From a bacterium (GTDB taxonomy: Bacteria; Bacillota; Clostridia; Oscillospirales; Acutalibacteraceae), in contig CAVJZG010000003.1 of the NCBI GenBank assembly GCA_963654285.1, positions 21,197-85,196 on the forward strand: a stretch of 64,000 nucleotides of DNA, read 5' to 3'. The position numbers and the translations under genes were made by a program. The notes under the pieces are model-generated. The model was not told where the DNA came from, made no database searches, and worked only from the letters and a program-made list of their open reading frames with translations. This document shows positions 1 to 10,390 of this stretch, in pieces. Positions within the stretch are counted from its first letter, which is position 1. Every line of letters begins with the position of its first letter.

Positions 1-752
1 GGAACACTTACACAACCTCGTATTGTGTAAGAAATTCGCCTAATAAAACGGATGTTATTTCTGAGGTTGCAAAGGCTTGCAAAAAATACGGTGTGAAGCT
101 CGGCTTTTATTATTCCCTGTGGGACAGACATGAGCATTGCTATAAAAACGACGAAGCATATGTAAGATACATGGAAAAGCATTTAACGGAGCTTTTGGGC
201 GGCAAATACGGAGAGATTGTTGAGCTTTGGCTCGACGGCGGATGGGATAAAGCCTGCCGCCGTTGGCAGCTCGACAGATTATACGGCCTTGTAAAAACGC
301 TGCAACCGAAGTGCCAAATCGGCGTTAATCTTACAATCGGTAAATTTAACGGTCAAAAAGGCATTCCCGGCAAAAGATATCTGCCTCAAAATTACAGATA
401 CGGTGATCCTATCAGAATGTTTCCGTCTGATTTCAGGCTTTGGGATCCGCATATGTGCAGGAGCGACGACCCTAAAATTTACACATTTAAAGGCGAAAAA
501 TATTATTTGCCTTTTGAGCAAACCGTGTGCTCAAGAATTAACAGATGGTTTTATTCGGACACATATGAAAATCAGCCTCTTCAAAATCCCGATGAAGCGG
601 CAAAAAATTACCGCATTCTGGAAAAAGAGGATAATATTATGATAATCAATTTGCCTCCGGATAAAAGCGGCATGCTCGTTAAAAGCGATGTTGAGAATCT
701 AATGCTGATTGCCGATAAGCTAGGTATAAGAAGAACGGCAAAGAAAACATAA
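1..752 (+). CDS. alpha-L-fucosidase (GH29), 5'-truncated by the window edge
   Basis: Frame is open from base 3 (NTYTTSYCVRNSPNKTDVISEVAKACKKYGVKLGFYYSLWD). GH29-like motifs: KLGFYYSLWD, ELWLDGGW (nucleophile region), INLPPDKSG. Confidence 0.85.
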   Translation, partial: NTYTTSYCVRNSPNKTDVISEVAKACKKYGVKLGFYYSLWDRHEHCYKNDEAYVRYMEKHLTELLGGKYGEIVELWLDGGWDKACRRWQLDRLYGLVKTLQPKCQIGVNLTIGKFNGQKGIPGKRYLPQNYRYGDPIRMFPSDFRLWDPHMCRSDDPKIYTFKGEKYYLPFEQTVCSRINRWFYSDTYENQPLQNPDEAAKNYRILEKEDNIMIINLPPDKSGMLVKSDVENLMLIADKLGIRRTAKKT

Positions 753-775
753 TCTTTGCCCGGCATTAAAAAAAC

Positions 776-812
776 AAAATCCCGTTGGTTTTAAAAATCA
801 ACGGGATTTTTT
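776..812. terminator. intrinsic terminator, probably bidirectional
   Basis: AAAATCCCGTTG / CAACGGGATTTT stem followed by a T-run, between convergent genes. Confidence 0.8.
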
Positions 813-914
813 ATGCTGCGATTATGATTGCGTAAAACGCCGTATCCGTTTTGCGCGCAATATTCCACGGGTGGGGATGTTGCCCTGTGCTTATGATAAA
901 TTCGCAATATGTAT

Positions 915-1133
915 TTATTTTTTTGAAGGATATTTTTCCCTTTTATCGGTTCTGTCCATCAAATAATCAAGGCTGGTATTATAAAAATCGGCAAGAATCA
1001 TTAAATTCTCCGTTGTGGGGATAAGATCGCCGCTTTCGTATTTTGAAAGCATGCTTTGGCTTATGCCTGTTTCCATTTGAACCTTGAGCTGGGTGTAATC
1101 GCTGGTTACTCTTAACAGTTTTATATTTTTCAT
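915..1133 (-). CDS. XRE-family HTH transcriptional regulator
   Basis: 72 aa with HTH_3 pattern (TGISQSMLSKYESG...LADFYNTSLDYL); GGAGG RBS. Confidence 0.85.
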   Translation of the reverse strand: MKNIKLLRVTSDYTQLKVQMETGISQSMLSKYESGDLIPTTENLMILADFYNTSLDYLMDRTDKREKYPSKK

Positions 1134-1245
1134 TTGTGTTCCTCCGCGAAAATATAAAATTTAAAAAAGCTTTTTTTGAATTTATCTAAAGCAGGTTTGA
1201 GTTGGTTTTGTTTGTAAAACACTTGTTTTGTACGACATGCTGTTT

Positions 1246-1276
1246 AAAAACGCACACCGCACGGGTGTGCGTTTTT
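1246..1276. terminator. intrinsic terminator
   Basis: Perfect stem AAAAACGCACACC / GGTGTGCGTTTTT directly after the 1279-1569 ORF. Confidence 0.8.
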
Positions 1277-1278
1277 GC

Positions 1279-1569
1279 TTATTTTTTCAATTCTCTCTGA
1301 AGCCAAACCGCGCCTAAATCAAGCGCGTTGAAAATGCCCTCTTTTTCGCTTTTTTTAACGATTTTTTCCTTTGGGCCCACTTCCGGGTCGGTGTTTATGA
1401 TCTGAATTAAAACCTTGTCCGAAAGCTTAATATCCTTAAAATCTTTATCGGATTGAACCTGAAGGCAGGCAACAAACGGATCTGCCATATCGCCGTAGTA
1501 TATGGTTTTGCCGCATCTTACCAAAGGTTTTCCTTTGTAGGTAAGAAATGTATCCTTTAATTCTGCCAA
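1279..1569 (-). CDS. hypothetical protein
   Basis: 96-aa ORF with AGGAGG RBS and TTG start; co-oriented with the IreB-family gene. Confidence 0.7.
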   Translation of the reverse strand: MAELKDTFLTYKGKPLVRCGKTIYYGDMADPFVACLQVQSDKDFKDIKLSDKVLIQIINTDPEVGPKEKIVKKSEKEGIFNALDLGAVWLQRELKK

Positions 1570-1606
1570 AGAAAACCCTCCTTTTCATTTATTTTGTTGT
1601 GTATAC

Positions 1607-1852
1607 TCAGGTGTTGAGGTAAGACTTTACCATTTCCGCAAGCAATTCGTCTCGGTCGATTTTACGAATTAGACTTCTGGCATTGTTATGCGTTGTAATA
1701 TAAGTCGGATCCTCCGAAAGGATGTATCCCACGATCTGGTTTATGGGGTTGTAGCCCTTTTCTTTAAGCGCGTCGAACACTTGGGTCAGCGTTTCCCTCA
1801 TATAATCCTCATGGTCGTCGCCGAGCTTAAAAGTCATTGTTTTATCTGTCAC
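1607..1852 (-). CDS. IreB/ReoM family regulatory phosphoprotein (UPF0297)
   Basis: Signature [44 protein letters not shown]. Confidence 0.92.
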   Translation of the reverse strand: MTDKTMTFKLGDDHEDYMRETLTQVFDALKEKGYNPINQIVGYILSEDPTYITTHNNARSLIRKIDRDELLAEMVKSYLNT

Positions 1853-1936
1853 AGTAAAGTCACCTCCGAACTAAGCCGCTTTGCGCTTTCGGCAACCGGG
1901 TTAAACACCCCTTTCGGCTTAATAATATACAACTTC

Positions 1937-1965
1937 ATTATATACAATTTTTACGCCGATTACAA
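1937..1965 (-). promoter_or_regulatory. sigma-A promoter for the IreB-family gene
   Basis: Minus strand TTGTAA-17 bp-TATAAT. Confidence 0.55.
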
Positions 1966-2018
1966 CTAAAATTTTTCAATTATTGTAAAATTCAGGTAAA
2001 AATGCGTAAATTTATGCA

Positions 2019-4421
2019 TCAGGAACGCAAATTTATGCCAAGCTTAGCCAAAGCCTTGATAACGCGTTTCATTGCGGCGTCTGCTTCATCGTCTGTAAGG
2101 GTTTTATCCGCGCTTCTCATCTTGATGTTGAAAGCAACGCTCTTTTTGCCTTTTTCAATCTGTGAACCCTCGTAAACATCAAAAAGCTTAACCTTTTCAA
2201 GCGTTTTACCGACAGCATCGCCGATTGCTTTTTCAAGCGAAAGAACGGGAATGTCTTTGCTGCAAACGAATGCAAGGTCGCGCGTAACTGCAGGGAACTT
2301 CGGCAACGGCTTGTGTGTCTTGCCCGGAAGCCTGTTTTCATATGCCGTGTTGACATCGATTTCGGCAACATAAACTCTGGTGCCGATATTGTAGTTTTCG
2401 GCAACAACGGGGTGAATTTCGCCAAGCTCCGCAAGCACTTTGCCGTCAATAACAAATCTTGCCGTTCTGCCCGGGTGGAAAGACGGGTCATCCTTAACCG
2501 GCTCAATGTCGTATTCCTTGGTGTTGAGCATGGAAAGCACTTTTTCAACTATGCCTTTAAGCGCATAGTAATCCGCATTTCCGCCGTAAATTCCGATGGC
2601 TGCCTTTTGGCTTTCAATCGGCAGCTTGCCCTTTTCTGTAGGCTGATAAACCGTGCCGATTTCATAAAGGCAGGCTTTTTCGTTTTTGTGGTTGTAGTTG
2701 TGCGAAAGCACATCAAGCATTGAGGGAAGAATTGTGGTTCTCATAATGCTTGTGTCTTCGCCGAGCGGATTTTTAATGACAACGGATTCCCTTTGAGGAT
2801 CATTTTTGCCGAGATTGATTTTATCGTATGCTTTCGGGCTGATGAAGCTGAAGGTTGAGGTTTCCGTGCAGCCGCAAGCAATTAAAGCCTCGTTCATCGA
2901 ACGAATGTATTTTTGCCATTCCGTAAGTTTGCCCACCGCAACGCCGTTGAGCATTCTGTTCGGAATGTTGTGGTAGCCGTAAAAGCGTGCAACCTCTTCG
3001 GAAATATCGGCAATGTGCTCGATATCGTTTCTGAACGGTGGAGCAACAACATTGCCCTCGCCGTCAAATTTGAATTCAATCTTTTCAAGAATTTTCTTTT
3101 GTTCTGCCTCGCTGAGGTCAATTCCTATGAAGTTGTTTATCCATTTATAGTCAAATTTAACCTTGGCAGGCTCTTTGGGCTTAACGAAGCAATCAACAAC
3201 GCCGTTTACAACATCGCCGGCGTCAAGTTGCTGCACAAGCTCAAGTGCTCTCATAAGCGCATTCATCGTTGCGCCGGGGTCAAGCTCTTTTTCATATCTG
3301 CTTGATGCTTCGGTTCTCATACCGAGGGCTTTAGCCGTGCTTCTTACCGATAAGCCGTTAAAGCAGGCGGATTCAAAAACGATTGTGGTGGTGTCGTCCA
3401 TAATTCCGCTGTATTCGCCGCCCATAACGCCGGCAACGGCAACGGGTTTCTTTTCGTCTGCGATAACAAGCATGGAGTCGTCAAGCGTGCGCTCAACACC
3501 GTCAAGCGTAGTGATTTTTTCGCCATTTGCGGCGTTTCTTACATTAACCGTGTTGCCCTCCAAAAAGCGAAGATCAAAAGCGTGCATAGGCTGACCGAAT
3601 TCAAGCATAACATAGTTTGTGATATCAACAATGTTGCTGATGGGGCGAACGCCGCTTGCGCGCAGCCTTTCCCTGAGCCAGCGCGGGCTTTCCTTAACGC
3701 GTACGTTTTCAACTACGGCACCTGTGTAACGATAGCATTTGTTCGGTTCTGCAATATTTACTTTAAGCAGGTCGTTTACATCGCCGTGACCGGGCTTAAC
3801 AACGGGGGTTTTTAAAACAAAATCCCTGTCAAAGGTTGCCGCAGCTTCGCGCGCAAGCCCTGTTACGGACATGCAATCGCAGCGGTTTGAGGTGATTTCA
3901 AATTCAACGCAGGTGTCGTCGTAGCCGATTGCCTTGTGAATGTCCTCTCCCGGTGTGCGGTCGCAATCGTCGCCCAAGATGAAAATTCCGTCAGCCGCGG
4001 CATAGGGAAAATCGTTTTGGGTAAGACCGAGCTCGTCAAACGAGCAAAGCATGCCGTTTGATTCAACGCCTCTGAGCTTGCCTTTTTTGATTTTTTCTAT
4101 GCAATGGTCTTTTCTGTTGTAAACCGTTGCGCCGGGAAGTGCGGCAGGCACATAATCGCCGACGGCAAGATTTTGCGCGCCGGTAACGATTTGCTCATCG
4201 CTATCGCCGCCGACATCAACCTTGCAAATCCAAAGATGGTCGGAATCGGGGTGGTGTTCAAGCGATTTTATTTGACCCACCACGATGTTTTCAATTTCGC
4301 TGCCCTCTTTCTTAAATTCCTCAACCTTGGAGCCGGAAAGGGTCATTTCATCGCAAAATTCCTTGTCGGAAATATCATCCAAATTAACATAGTCTTTAAG
4401 CCATTTTCTTGATAAAACCAT
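2019..4421 (-). CDS. pheT: phenylalanine--tRNA ligase beta subunit
   Basis: 800 aa; KLRGVESNGMLCS, RPISNIVDITNYV, C-terminal FPAVTRDLAF anticodon-binding domain. Confidence 0.97.
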   Translation of the reverse strand: MVLSRKWLKDYVNLDDISDKEFCDEMTLSGSKVEEFKKEGSEIENIVVGQIKSLEHHPDSDHLWICKVDVGGDSDEQIVTGAQNLAVGDYVPAALPGATVYNRKDHCIEKIKKGKLRGVESNGMLCSFDELGLTQNDFPYAAADGIFILGDDCDRTPGEDIHKAIGYDDTCVEFEITSNRCDCMSVTGLAREAAATFDRDFVLKTPVVKPGHGDVNDLLKVNIAEPNKCYRYTGAVVENVRVKESPRWLRERLRASGVRPISNIVDITNYVMLEFGQPMHAFDLRFLEGNTVNVRNAANGEKITTLDGVERTLDDSMLVIADEKKPVAVAGVMGGEYSGIMDDTTTIVFESACFNGLSVRSTAKALGMRTEASSRYEKELDPGATMNALMRALELVQQLDAGDVVNGVVDCFVKPKEPAKVKFDYKWINNFIGIDLSEAEQKKILEKIEFKFDGEGNVVAPPFRNDIEHIADISEEVARFYGYHNIPNRMLNGVAVGKLTEWQKYIRSMNEALIACGCTETSTFSFISPKAYDKINLGKNDPQRESVVIKNPLGEDTSIMRTTILPSMLDVLSHNYNHKNEKACLYEIGTVYQPTEKGKLPIESQKAAIGIYGGNADYYALKGIVEKVLSMLNTKEYDIEPVKDDPSFHPGRTARFVIDGKVLAELGEIHPVVAENYNIGTRVYVAEIDVNTAYENRLPGKTHKPLPKFPAVTRDLAFVCSKDIPVLSLEKAIGDAVGKTLEKVKLFDVYEGSQIEKGKKSVAFNIKMRSADKTLTDDEADAAMKRVIKALAKLGINLRS

Positions 4422-4435
4422 TACTCTGCACCTCC

Positions 4436-5455
4436 TTAAAACTGATTTAAAAATCTTGTGTCGTTTTCGTAAAGCAATCTCATATCGTCGATGTTGAAGC
4501 GGAACATAACAAGCCTTTCAAGACCGACACCGAATGCAAAACCGCTGTATTCCTCAGGGTCTACGCCGCCGTTTTTAAGCACTTTCGGGTGCACCATGCC
4601 GCCGCCGAGAATTTCAATCCATCCCTCGCCTTTGCACATCGGGCAGCCCTTTCCGCCGCATTTAAAGCACGAAACATCGATTTCGCAGCTCGGCTCCGTG
4701 AACGGGAAGTGGTGGGGACGAAGTCTGATTTTTGTATTTTCGCCGTAAAGTCGCTTTGCAAATGCTTCAAGCGTGCCTTTAAGGTCTGCCATCGTAACGC
4801 CTTTGTCAACAACAAGACCCTCAATTTGATGGAAAAGGGGAGAGTGAGTGGCGTCAACGGCATCCGAACGGAAAACTCTGCCGGGTGCAATCATTCTGAA
4901 AGGCGGCTCGTGCTTTTCCATATATCTGATCTGAATTGGCGATGTTTGCGTTCTTAAAACGATGTTGTCGTCAATATAGAAAGTATCCTGTGTGTCCCTT
5001 GCAGGGTGACCCTTGGGAATGTTGAGTGCCTCAAAGTTGTAGTAATCGTATTCAACCTCAGGTCCCTCGGCAACATCAAAGCCCATGCCCATAAATATTT
5101 CCTCAATTTCATTCAGCACAATCGAAAGCGGGTGCTTGTGGCCGATTTCGGGCTCCTTGCCGGGCATGGTAACGTCAATTGACTCGCTTTGGAGCCTGTG
5201 CTTCAGCTCGGTCTCCTTAATTTGTGCGCTCTTTTCGGCAATTTTTGTTTCAATATCGGCTCTGATTTCGTTTGCAAGCTGACCGATAACAGGTCTTTCC
5301 TCCGCGGAAAGCTTGCCCATCTGCTTCAAAATTGAAGTAAGCTCGCCCTTTTTGCCGAGATATTTGATTCTTGCTTCTTCGATTTGCTCCTTCGTTTCAA
5401 AGGAGTCGAGTGCCTTTTTTGCGGCTTTTCTGATTTCTTCAAGCTCGGTTTTCAT
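4436..5455 (-). CDS. pheS: phenylalanine--tRNA ligase alpha subunit
   Basis: [28 protein letters not shown]. Start moved to ATG at 5455 (AAGGAAG RBS); the longer ORF extension overlaps the T-box. Confidence 0.97.
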   Translation of the reverse strand: MKTELEEIRKAAKKALDSFETKEQIEEARIKYLGKKGELTSILKQMGKLSAEERPVIGQLANEIRADIETKIAEKSAQIKETELKHRLQSESIDVTMPGKEPEIGHKHPLSIVLNEIEEIFMGMGFDVAEGPEVEYDYYNFEALNIPKGHPARDTQDTFYIDDNIVLRTQTSPIQIRYMEKHEPPFRMIAPGRVFRSDAVDATHSPLFHQIEGLVVDKGVTMADLKGTLEAFAKRLYGENTKIRLRPHHFPFTEPSCEIDVSCFKCGGKGCPMCKGEGWIEILGGGMVHPKVLKNGGVDPEEYSGFAFGVGLERLVMFRFNIDDMRLLYENDTRFLNQF

Positions 5456-5490
5456 AAAATCTTCCTTTCGTTTTTTATTGATTTCGGGAC

Positions 5491-5752
5491 AAAAAAATAC
5501 TTGCCCCCGTAAGATAGGGACAAGTATGTTAAATACCTGCGGTACCACCCTTGTTTTTGCAAAGAGTTTAAATCCAAGCAAACACTCTTTGAGCCATTAA
5601 CGCAGCTCATCCCGTCTGCGCTTAATGGGATATCCGTTCGGCACAGCCGCTCTGAAGGGAACTTCACCTGAATTTAATCTTCCGCGCTTTCAGCCGTGGC
5701 GCGGTTCTCTGAAAGAATCAAAGCAGGCTACTTTTCTTCGTCTTCGCGTTTA
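5491..5752 (-). promoter_or_regulatory. T-box riboswitch (Phe specifier)
   Basis: Minus strand: AGAGA and GCTGA distal-loop motifs; specifier GAAG-UUC-C (UUC=Phe, 5659-5661); T-box AAGGGTGGTACCGC (5539-5552); terminator ATACTTG...CAAGTAT + T7. Confidence 0.93.
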
Positions 5753-5802
5753 ATATGGAATAATTATAATATATTATTTGCAGTTTTTCAAGTGTTTTTT
5801 GC

Positions 5803-7146
5803 TCACTTTGTGATTTCACTTATTTTAAATGTTTGAAATTCAATGTAGCTGCTCGGTTGCGATTCGTAAAGCACGCCGATTGTGTCGTCATCAATCTGTG
5901 CAAGGCAGGAATAGGCAAAAAAACCGTTGTTTATTTCAATATCCTTAAACCAGTCTATGTGCTCATAGCTGCCCTTAATCATTCTGGGCTTGCCGATCGA
6001 AATAACGCCGTTTTCGCGACCTTTTCCTGCTGGGTGCGAGCAAAAAACATATCCTCTTGCAGTGATAACGCTTTTTTGACATTGCGGCGCGTTTAATGCC
6101 GTCTTTTTGCATTTCAGCCAGCTTTTTGCGCCGTTGTCGGAAATGCAAACGGGCGTTTTGCCAAAGCTTTTTTGCCTGCCGATGCCGATTATCGTGCCGT
6201 TCGGCGCGGATATCATTTGCCATTCGCCGCTGTTTTGGGCATAGGGATTGCGCCTCATTCGGTGCCAGGTTTCGCCGCTGTCCGTTGTGAAAACGGAAAC
6301 ACTGCCGTCTTTAAGCGTGTAAAGAGGCATAACAACCTTGCCGTCCTCAAGTGTTAATCCCACTCCGGGCGCGACCCCGAGGAAGGTGCCGTCCGTTTTT
6401 TCAATAATCATATTTGTTATGTCTTTCGGCTCGCTCCAGGTTTTGCCGCCGTCGCTGCTTTTGAGCATAAAAACATAGCAACGCTTCGGCGCCTTGAGCG
6501 GCGCGCCGAAGGTGGTTTTTGCGTTTTCTTCGTTTTTACCCATGGCTCCGTTCAAATAAATGTTGCCGAGGTATTCGCCATCCCTGTAAAGCGAGCCGAG
6601 GGGAGATTTTATCGTGTAGTCAGTAAGCTCTTTTTTTGAATTAAGAATTTCGCCGTTCGGCAAAACATAATAGAAATTATTATTTCTGTCATAGATCAGC
6701 GGCAGCATTTTGCCGTCGTGCATGGCGTAGGCGATTTTGTTTTTGTCGAGCAATTTGTTTTTGTGAATACCCATGCATTCCGGCCAAAAATCGGCAAGCA
6801 TAATTATTTCGCCCTCTTTGGTAACTGCCATGCAGGGGTCTATGTAAAAAGCGGAGGCATAGCATTCTGCGCTTTTTCTTGTTTCGCGCGCCGGCGGAAC
6901 GGCGATTGTTTCAATATCGCTCCAGGTTTTGCCGCCGTCCTCGCTGCGACGGATTGCCAGTTCTATGTAGCCCCAATCCGCTCCGCAGGATGCTTTGTCG
7001 GCAGCGGCAATCAGCGTGCCGCCTGCATTTATCAGGCTCGGTATTCTGAACGCCGTGCCGCCGTTTGCCGCGGTGCTTTTTTTTGTTAATTCTTCATCAA
7101 GGAATGCGGGGCTGTTGCCGCAAAATATCAGGCTTTTGTTGTTCAT
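5803..7146 (-). CDS. sialidase/neuraminidase family (GH33)
   Basis: FRIP motif; Asp-boxes SEDGGKTW, SSDGGKTW, TTDSGETW, SDNGAKSW; C-terminal FAYSCL...VLYE. Start set at ATG 7146 (GGAG RBS). No signal peptide seen. Confidence 0.85.
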   Translation of the reverse strand: MNNKSLIFCGNSPAFLDEELTKKSTAANGGTAFRIPSLINAGGTLIAAADKASCGADWGYIELAIRRSEDGGKTWSDIETIAVPPARETRKSAECYASAFYIDPCMAVTKEGEIIMLADFWPECMGIHKNKLLDKNKIAYAMHDGKMLPLIYDRNNNFYYVLPNGEILNSKKELTDYTIKSPLGSLYRDGEYLGNIYLNGAMGKNEENAKTTFGAPLKAPKRCYVFMLKSSDGGKTWSEPKDITNMIIEKTDGTFLGVAPGVGLTLEDGKVVMPLYTLKDGSVSVFTTDSGETWHRMRRNPYAQNSGEWQMISAPNGTIIGIGRQKSFGKTPVCISDNGAKSWLKCKKTALNAPQCQKSVITARGYVFCSHPAGKGRENGVISIGKPRMIKGSYEHIDWFKDIEINNGFFAYSCLAQIDDDTIGVLYESQPSSYIEFQTFKISEITK

Positions 7147-7302
7147 ATAAACATCTCCGTGCTTGTGTAAGGTTTTACCGATATATTTTAACATATTTTC
7201 GCTTTTTAATAAAGCGGGAAAATAACTTTTGTTTTTCTATTGCAAATTTTCTGCGTTTTTAGTAAAATGATAGTTGGAATTTATTGTAAAGGAGGAATAT
7301 TG

Positions 7303-8508
7303 ATGCTTTGGGAATTAAAAAAGTGCTGGTATCGTGTGTACCAGGGCGTATTTAAGCTTGCCATGAATTTTATGGATTGGTCCGAGCCGCAGCTGCTTGA
7401 AGGCAAAGGCTCCGTTTTAAGACTGCCGGAATTTATTAAAAGCAAGGGAATCAGTAAAGTGCTTGTTGTTACCGATAAAGGTCTTATGAGCCTTAATCTG
7501 CTTGATCCCATGTTTGAAAAGCTTAAAGAAGCCGGTGTTGACTATGTCGTTTACGACGGCGTTCAGCCCAACCCCACAATCCCCAACATTGAGGCGGCGC
7601 GCGAAATGTATTTGAAAAACGGCTGCGAGGGCTTTATCGCTTTCGGCGGCGGTTCTTCGATGGACTGCGCAAAGGTTGCGGCTGCAAGGGTCGTTAAGCC
7701 GAATCAAACCGTTCGCCAAATGAGGGGTTATCTTAAAGTGCTCAAAAAGCTGCCCCCGTTCTTCGCAGTGCCCACCACTGCCGGAACAGGCTCTGAAACC
7801 ACTGTTGCCGCTGTTGTAACAGATCCAGAAACTCACGAGAAAAACGCAATCAACGATATCTGCCTTCGTCCGAAATTCGCGGTGCTTGACCCGGAACTTA
7901 CCGTAGGTTTGCCGCCGCACATCACATCGACAACAGGTATGGATGCGCTTACTCACGCTGTTGAGGCTTACATCGGCAGAAGCAACACAAAGCAAACGAG
8001 AGAGCAGGCCGAAAAGGCTACAAAGCTTATCTTTGATAATATCGAAGAGGCTTATAATAACGGAAAGGATTACGAGGCAAGAGCAAATATGCTCAAGGGC
8101 TCCTACTGGGCAGGCTGTGCATTCACACGCGCTTATGTAGGCTATGTTCACGCTATCGCGCATAACCTCGGCGGTCTTTACGGCACGCCGCACGGTCTTG
8201 CAAATGCTGTTATTTTGCCGTATGTTCTTGATTGGTACGGCGATTGCATTTATCCTCAGCTTGCAAAGCTTGCGGATATCGTTGGCATCACAGGCTCTTC
8301 CGAAGCCGAAAAGGCGCAGGCATTCATCGCTGCAATCAAAAAGCTTAATGCGGATATGAATATCCCTGCCACCTTCGATTTTATCAAGGAAGAGGATTTG
8401 CCCACGCTTATTCACCGTGCTCTTAAAGAGGGCAATCCCGGATATCCCGTTCCGCGCATTATGGATTATAATGATATGGAAGGCGTTATCCGCACCTTTA
8501 TGGCTTAA
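7303..8508 (+). CDS. iron-containing alcohol dehydrogenase
   Basis: GGGSSMDCAK, PTTAGTGSE, DALTHAVE, HAIAH, PHGLANA; AAGGAGG RBS before ATG 7303. Confidence 0.92.
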   Translation: MLWELKKCWYRVYQGVFKLAMNFMDWSEPQLLEGKGSVLRLPEFIKSKGISKVLVVTDKGLMSLNLLDPMFEKLKEAGVDYVVYDGVQPNPTIPNIEAAREMYLKNGCEGFIAFGGGSSMDCAKVAAARVVKPNQTVRQMRGYLKVLKKLPPFFAVPTTAGTGSETTVAAVVTDPETHEKNAINDICLRPKFAVLDPELTVGLPPHITSTTGMDALTHAVEAYIGRSNTKQTREQAEKATKLIFDNIEEAYNNGKDYEARANMLKGSYWAGCAFTRAYVGYVHAIAHNLGGLYGTPHGLANAVILPYVLDWYGDCIYPQLAKLADIVGITGSSEAEKAQAFIAAIKKLNADMNIPATFDFIKEEDLPTLIHRALKEGNPGYPVPRIMDYNDMEGVIRTFMA

Positions 8509-8535
8509 TTGCCGCTTTGTAATTTTATATTATTT

Positions 8536-8569
8536 AAAAGAGCGTGTCGTTTTACGGCACGCTCTTTTT
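8536..8569 (+). terminator. intrinsic terminator
   Basis: AAAGAGCGTGTCG / CGGCACGCTCTTT stem with T-run. Confidence 0.8.
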
Positions 8570-8723
8570 GGTTAATATGTACATGCTTTGCGAGGGTTAT
8601 TTGGCGTATCTTACAATTGTTTTGCTCCGCTCTATGAGTTATAATAATAGTATTATTAAGGAATATTAAACCGCCCGTAATATTTTATCGGCCGGTTTAT
8701 TTTTCCGTTATAGGGGTGAATAT

Positions 8724-10307
8724 ATGGGTAGTCAAGTAAAAACTTACACCAAAAAAGAACTTGTGGGTTACCTTGTGGGTATGTTCGGTCAAAACCTTAT
8801 ATACAACATCGTTTCCACCGGTCTTTATTTCTATTTCCAAAATGTTATTTGCCTTCCGGCAATGGCGCTCGGCTGGATTATGACGATCGCCAGAGTATGG
8901 GATGCTATTAACGACCCGATGATGGGCACAATCGTTGATAAAACCAAATCCAAATGGGGTAAATGCAGACCGTATCTTATCATTTTCCCGGGAATCATCG
9001 GGCTTGTTACCATCTTGGCGTTCTTAAACGGCAACTATGCAACGGCAGACACAACATCTCAAAAGGTGCTCATCGTTGCTTGGGCTGCCATTTCGTATAT
9101 AGCTTGGGGTATGTGCTTCACCGTTTGTGATATTCCGCTTTGGGGCATCACCTCGCTTATGACAGAGGATGAAAACGACAGAAGTAAGATCCTCGGTCTT
9201 GCCCGTATGGCTGCCGGCGTGGGCGGCATAAGCGTACTTGTTGTTCAGATTGCGCAGGCTCTCGGCAGCGCGTTCGCAGGCAAGATCGATAAAAGCGCGG
9301 AAAATTACGAGGTGCTTGTTCAGCAGGCAAATCAAAAGGGCTTTATAGTAACAGTTATTATAATGACTGTTATTGCCGTTATTCTTTTTGAATTTGCAGG
9401 TGTTTCCACTCGCGAAAGAGTTGAAAAATCCGAAAAGAGCTACACCTTTAAAGAAAATTTCCAAACCATGTTCGGCAACAAGCCATTCAGGCAAATTCTT
9501 ATTTCCGGCATTTTAAGAAGCCCCATTCAGCTTCTTATGATTGTTGCCATGACTCTTGTTACATATTATTATGCAAACGGTAATATTATGAACATAATCA
9601 AGAGCAATGAAGACGGCAGCTTTGCCGGTCTTGATTGGCAAATCCTTATCGGTCTCGGCAGCGTTGCAATCGGTCTTTTCGTGGGTCAGTTCGTTGCAAT
9701 GGGTATAACACCTGTTATTATCAAAAAGGTTGAAAAGAAAAAGCTTTATAACATTTATTCAATCGGCGGCGCAGTTCCTTTTGCACTTATTTATGTGTTC
9801 TATAAGGTTTCCGGCGGCGATCTTACCTCCACATTCTGGTCAATTGTCATCGGCGTTTGCATGCTGTTCGGCAGTGCGGCTTTCGGCGGCATAAATGTTC
9901 TTCAGTCCGTTATGATTGCAGACTGCGTGGATTATGAGGAATATACAAACGGTGTTCGCACAGACGGTGTATTCTTCTCCGGTCAAAGCTTTATCACAAA
10001 GCTGGCTGCAGGTATTTCCACAATCATTTCCTCGGCTGTTTATGCCGCGGTAGGTTACAGCGGCGCAAATGTTGATACTCTTAATAAGGCAATCGAAAAG
10101 GGCGCAAGCTTCATTACTTACGACGGCGGTTCCGGCTCGGGTAAGTATGCGGCTGCAATGTTTTTCCTTATTTCCATTCCACCGGCAATCGGCATGGTGC
10201 TTTCCGCAATTCCTACTCTCAAATATGCGCTTTCGGATAAAGAGCATTCAAGAATTCTTGATGAACTTGTTGCAAAGCGCAAGAGCGAAGGCAAAGAAGC
10301 CGAATAA
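8724..10307 (+). CDS. MFS glycoside-pentoside-hexuronide (GPH):cation symporter
   Basis: ARVWDAINDPMMGTIVDKTKSKWGKCRPY; ADCVDYEEY...RTDGVFFS; multiple TM segments. Confidence 0.88.
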   Translation: MGSQVKTYTKKELVGYLVGMFGQNLIYNIVSTGLYFYFQNVICLPAMALGWIMTIARVWDAINDPMMGTIVDKTKSKWGKCRPYLIIFPGIIGLVTILAFLNGNYATADTTSQKVLIVAWAAISYIAWGMCFTVCDIPLWGITSLMTEDENDRSKILGLARMAAGVGGISVLVVQIAQALGSAFAGKIDKSAENYEVLVQQANQKGFIVTVIIMTVIAVILFEFAGVSTRERVEKSEKSYTFKENFQTMFGNKPFRQILISGILRSPIQLLMIVAMTLVTYYYANGNIMNIIKSNEDGSFAGLDWQILIGLGSVAIGLFVGQFVAMGITPVIIKKVEKKKLYNIYSIGGAVPFALIYVFYKVSGGDLTSTFWSIVIGVCMLFGSAAFGGINVLQSVMIADCVDYEEYTNGVRTDGVFFSGQSFITKLAAGISTIISSAVYAAVGYSGANVDTLNKAIEKGASFITYDGGSGSGKYAAAMFFLISIPPAIGMVLSAIPTLKYALSDKEHSRILDELVAKRKSEGKEAE

Positions 10308-10323
10308 TCAAAGGCAAACAATA

Positions 10324-10359
10324 AAGGTGATCGAGTTATTCTCGGTCACCTTATTTTTT
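10324..10359. terminator. intrinsic terminator
   Basis: AAGGTGATCGAG / CTCGGTCACCTT stem plus T-run, between convergent genes. Confidence 0.75.
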
Positions 10360-10390
10360 GCGTAATTCGGTTTGAAAATAATTGCATCGG

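Noticed and set aside
1217..1228. AAAC-N4-GTTT LexA-like box upstream of the XRE gene
   Set aside because: A single two-mismatch site in AT-rich DNA; not distinguishable from chance.
5452..5667. 71-aa ORF and N-terminal extension upstream of pheS
   Set aside because: Both coincide with the T-box riboswitch.
7417..8415. 332-aa minus-strand ORF opposite the alcohol dehydrogenase
   Set aside because: Antisense shadow of a well-supported gene with no recognisable motifs; the same applies to the many other overlapping ORFs in the track.
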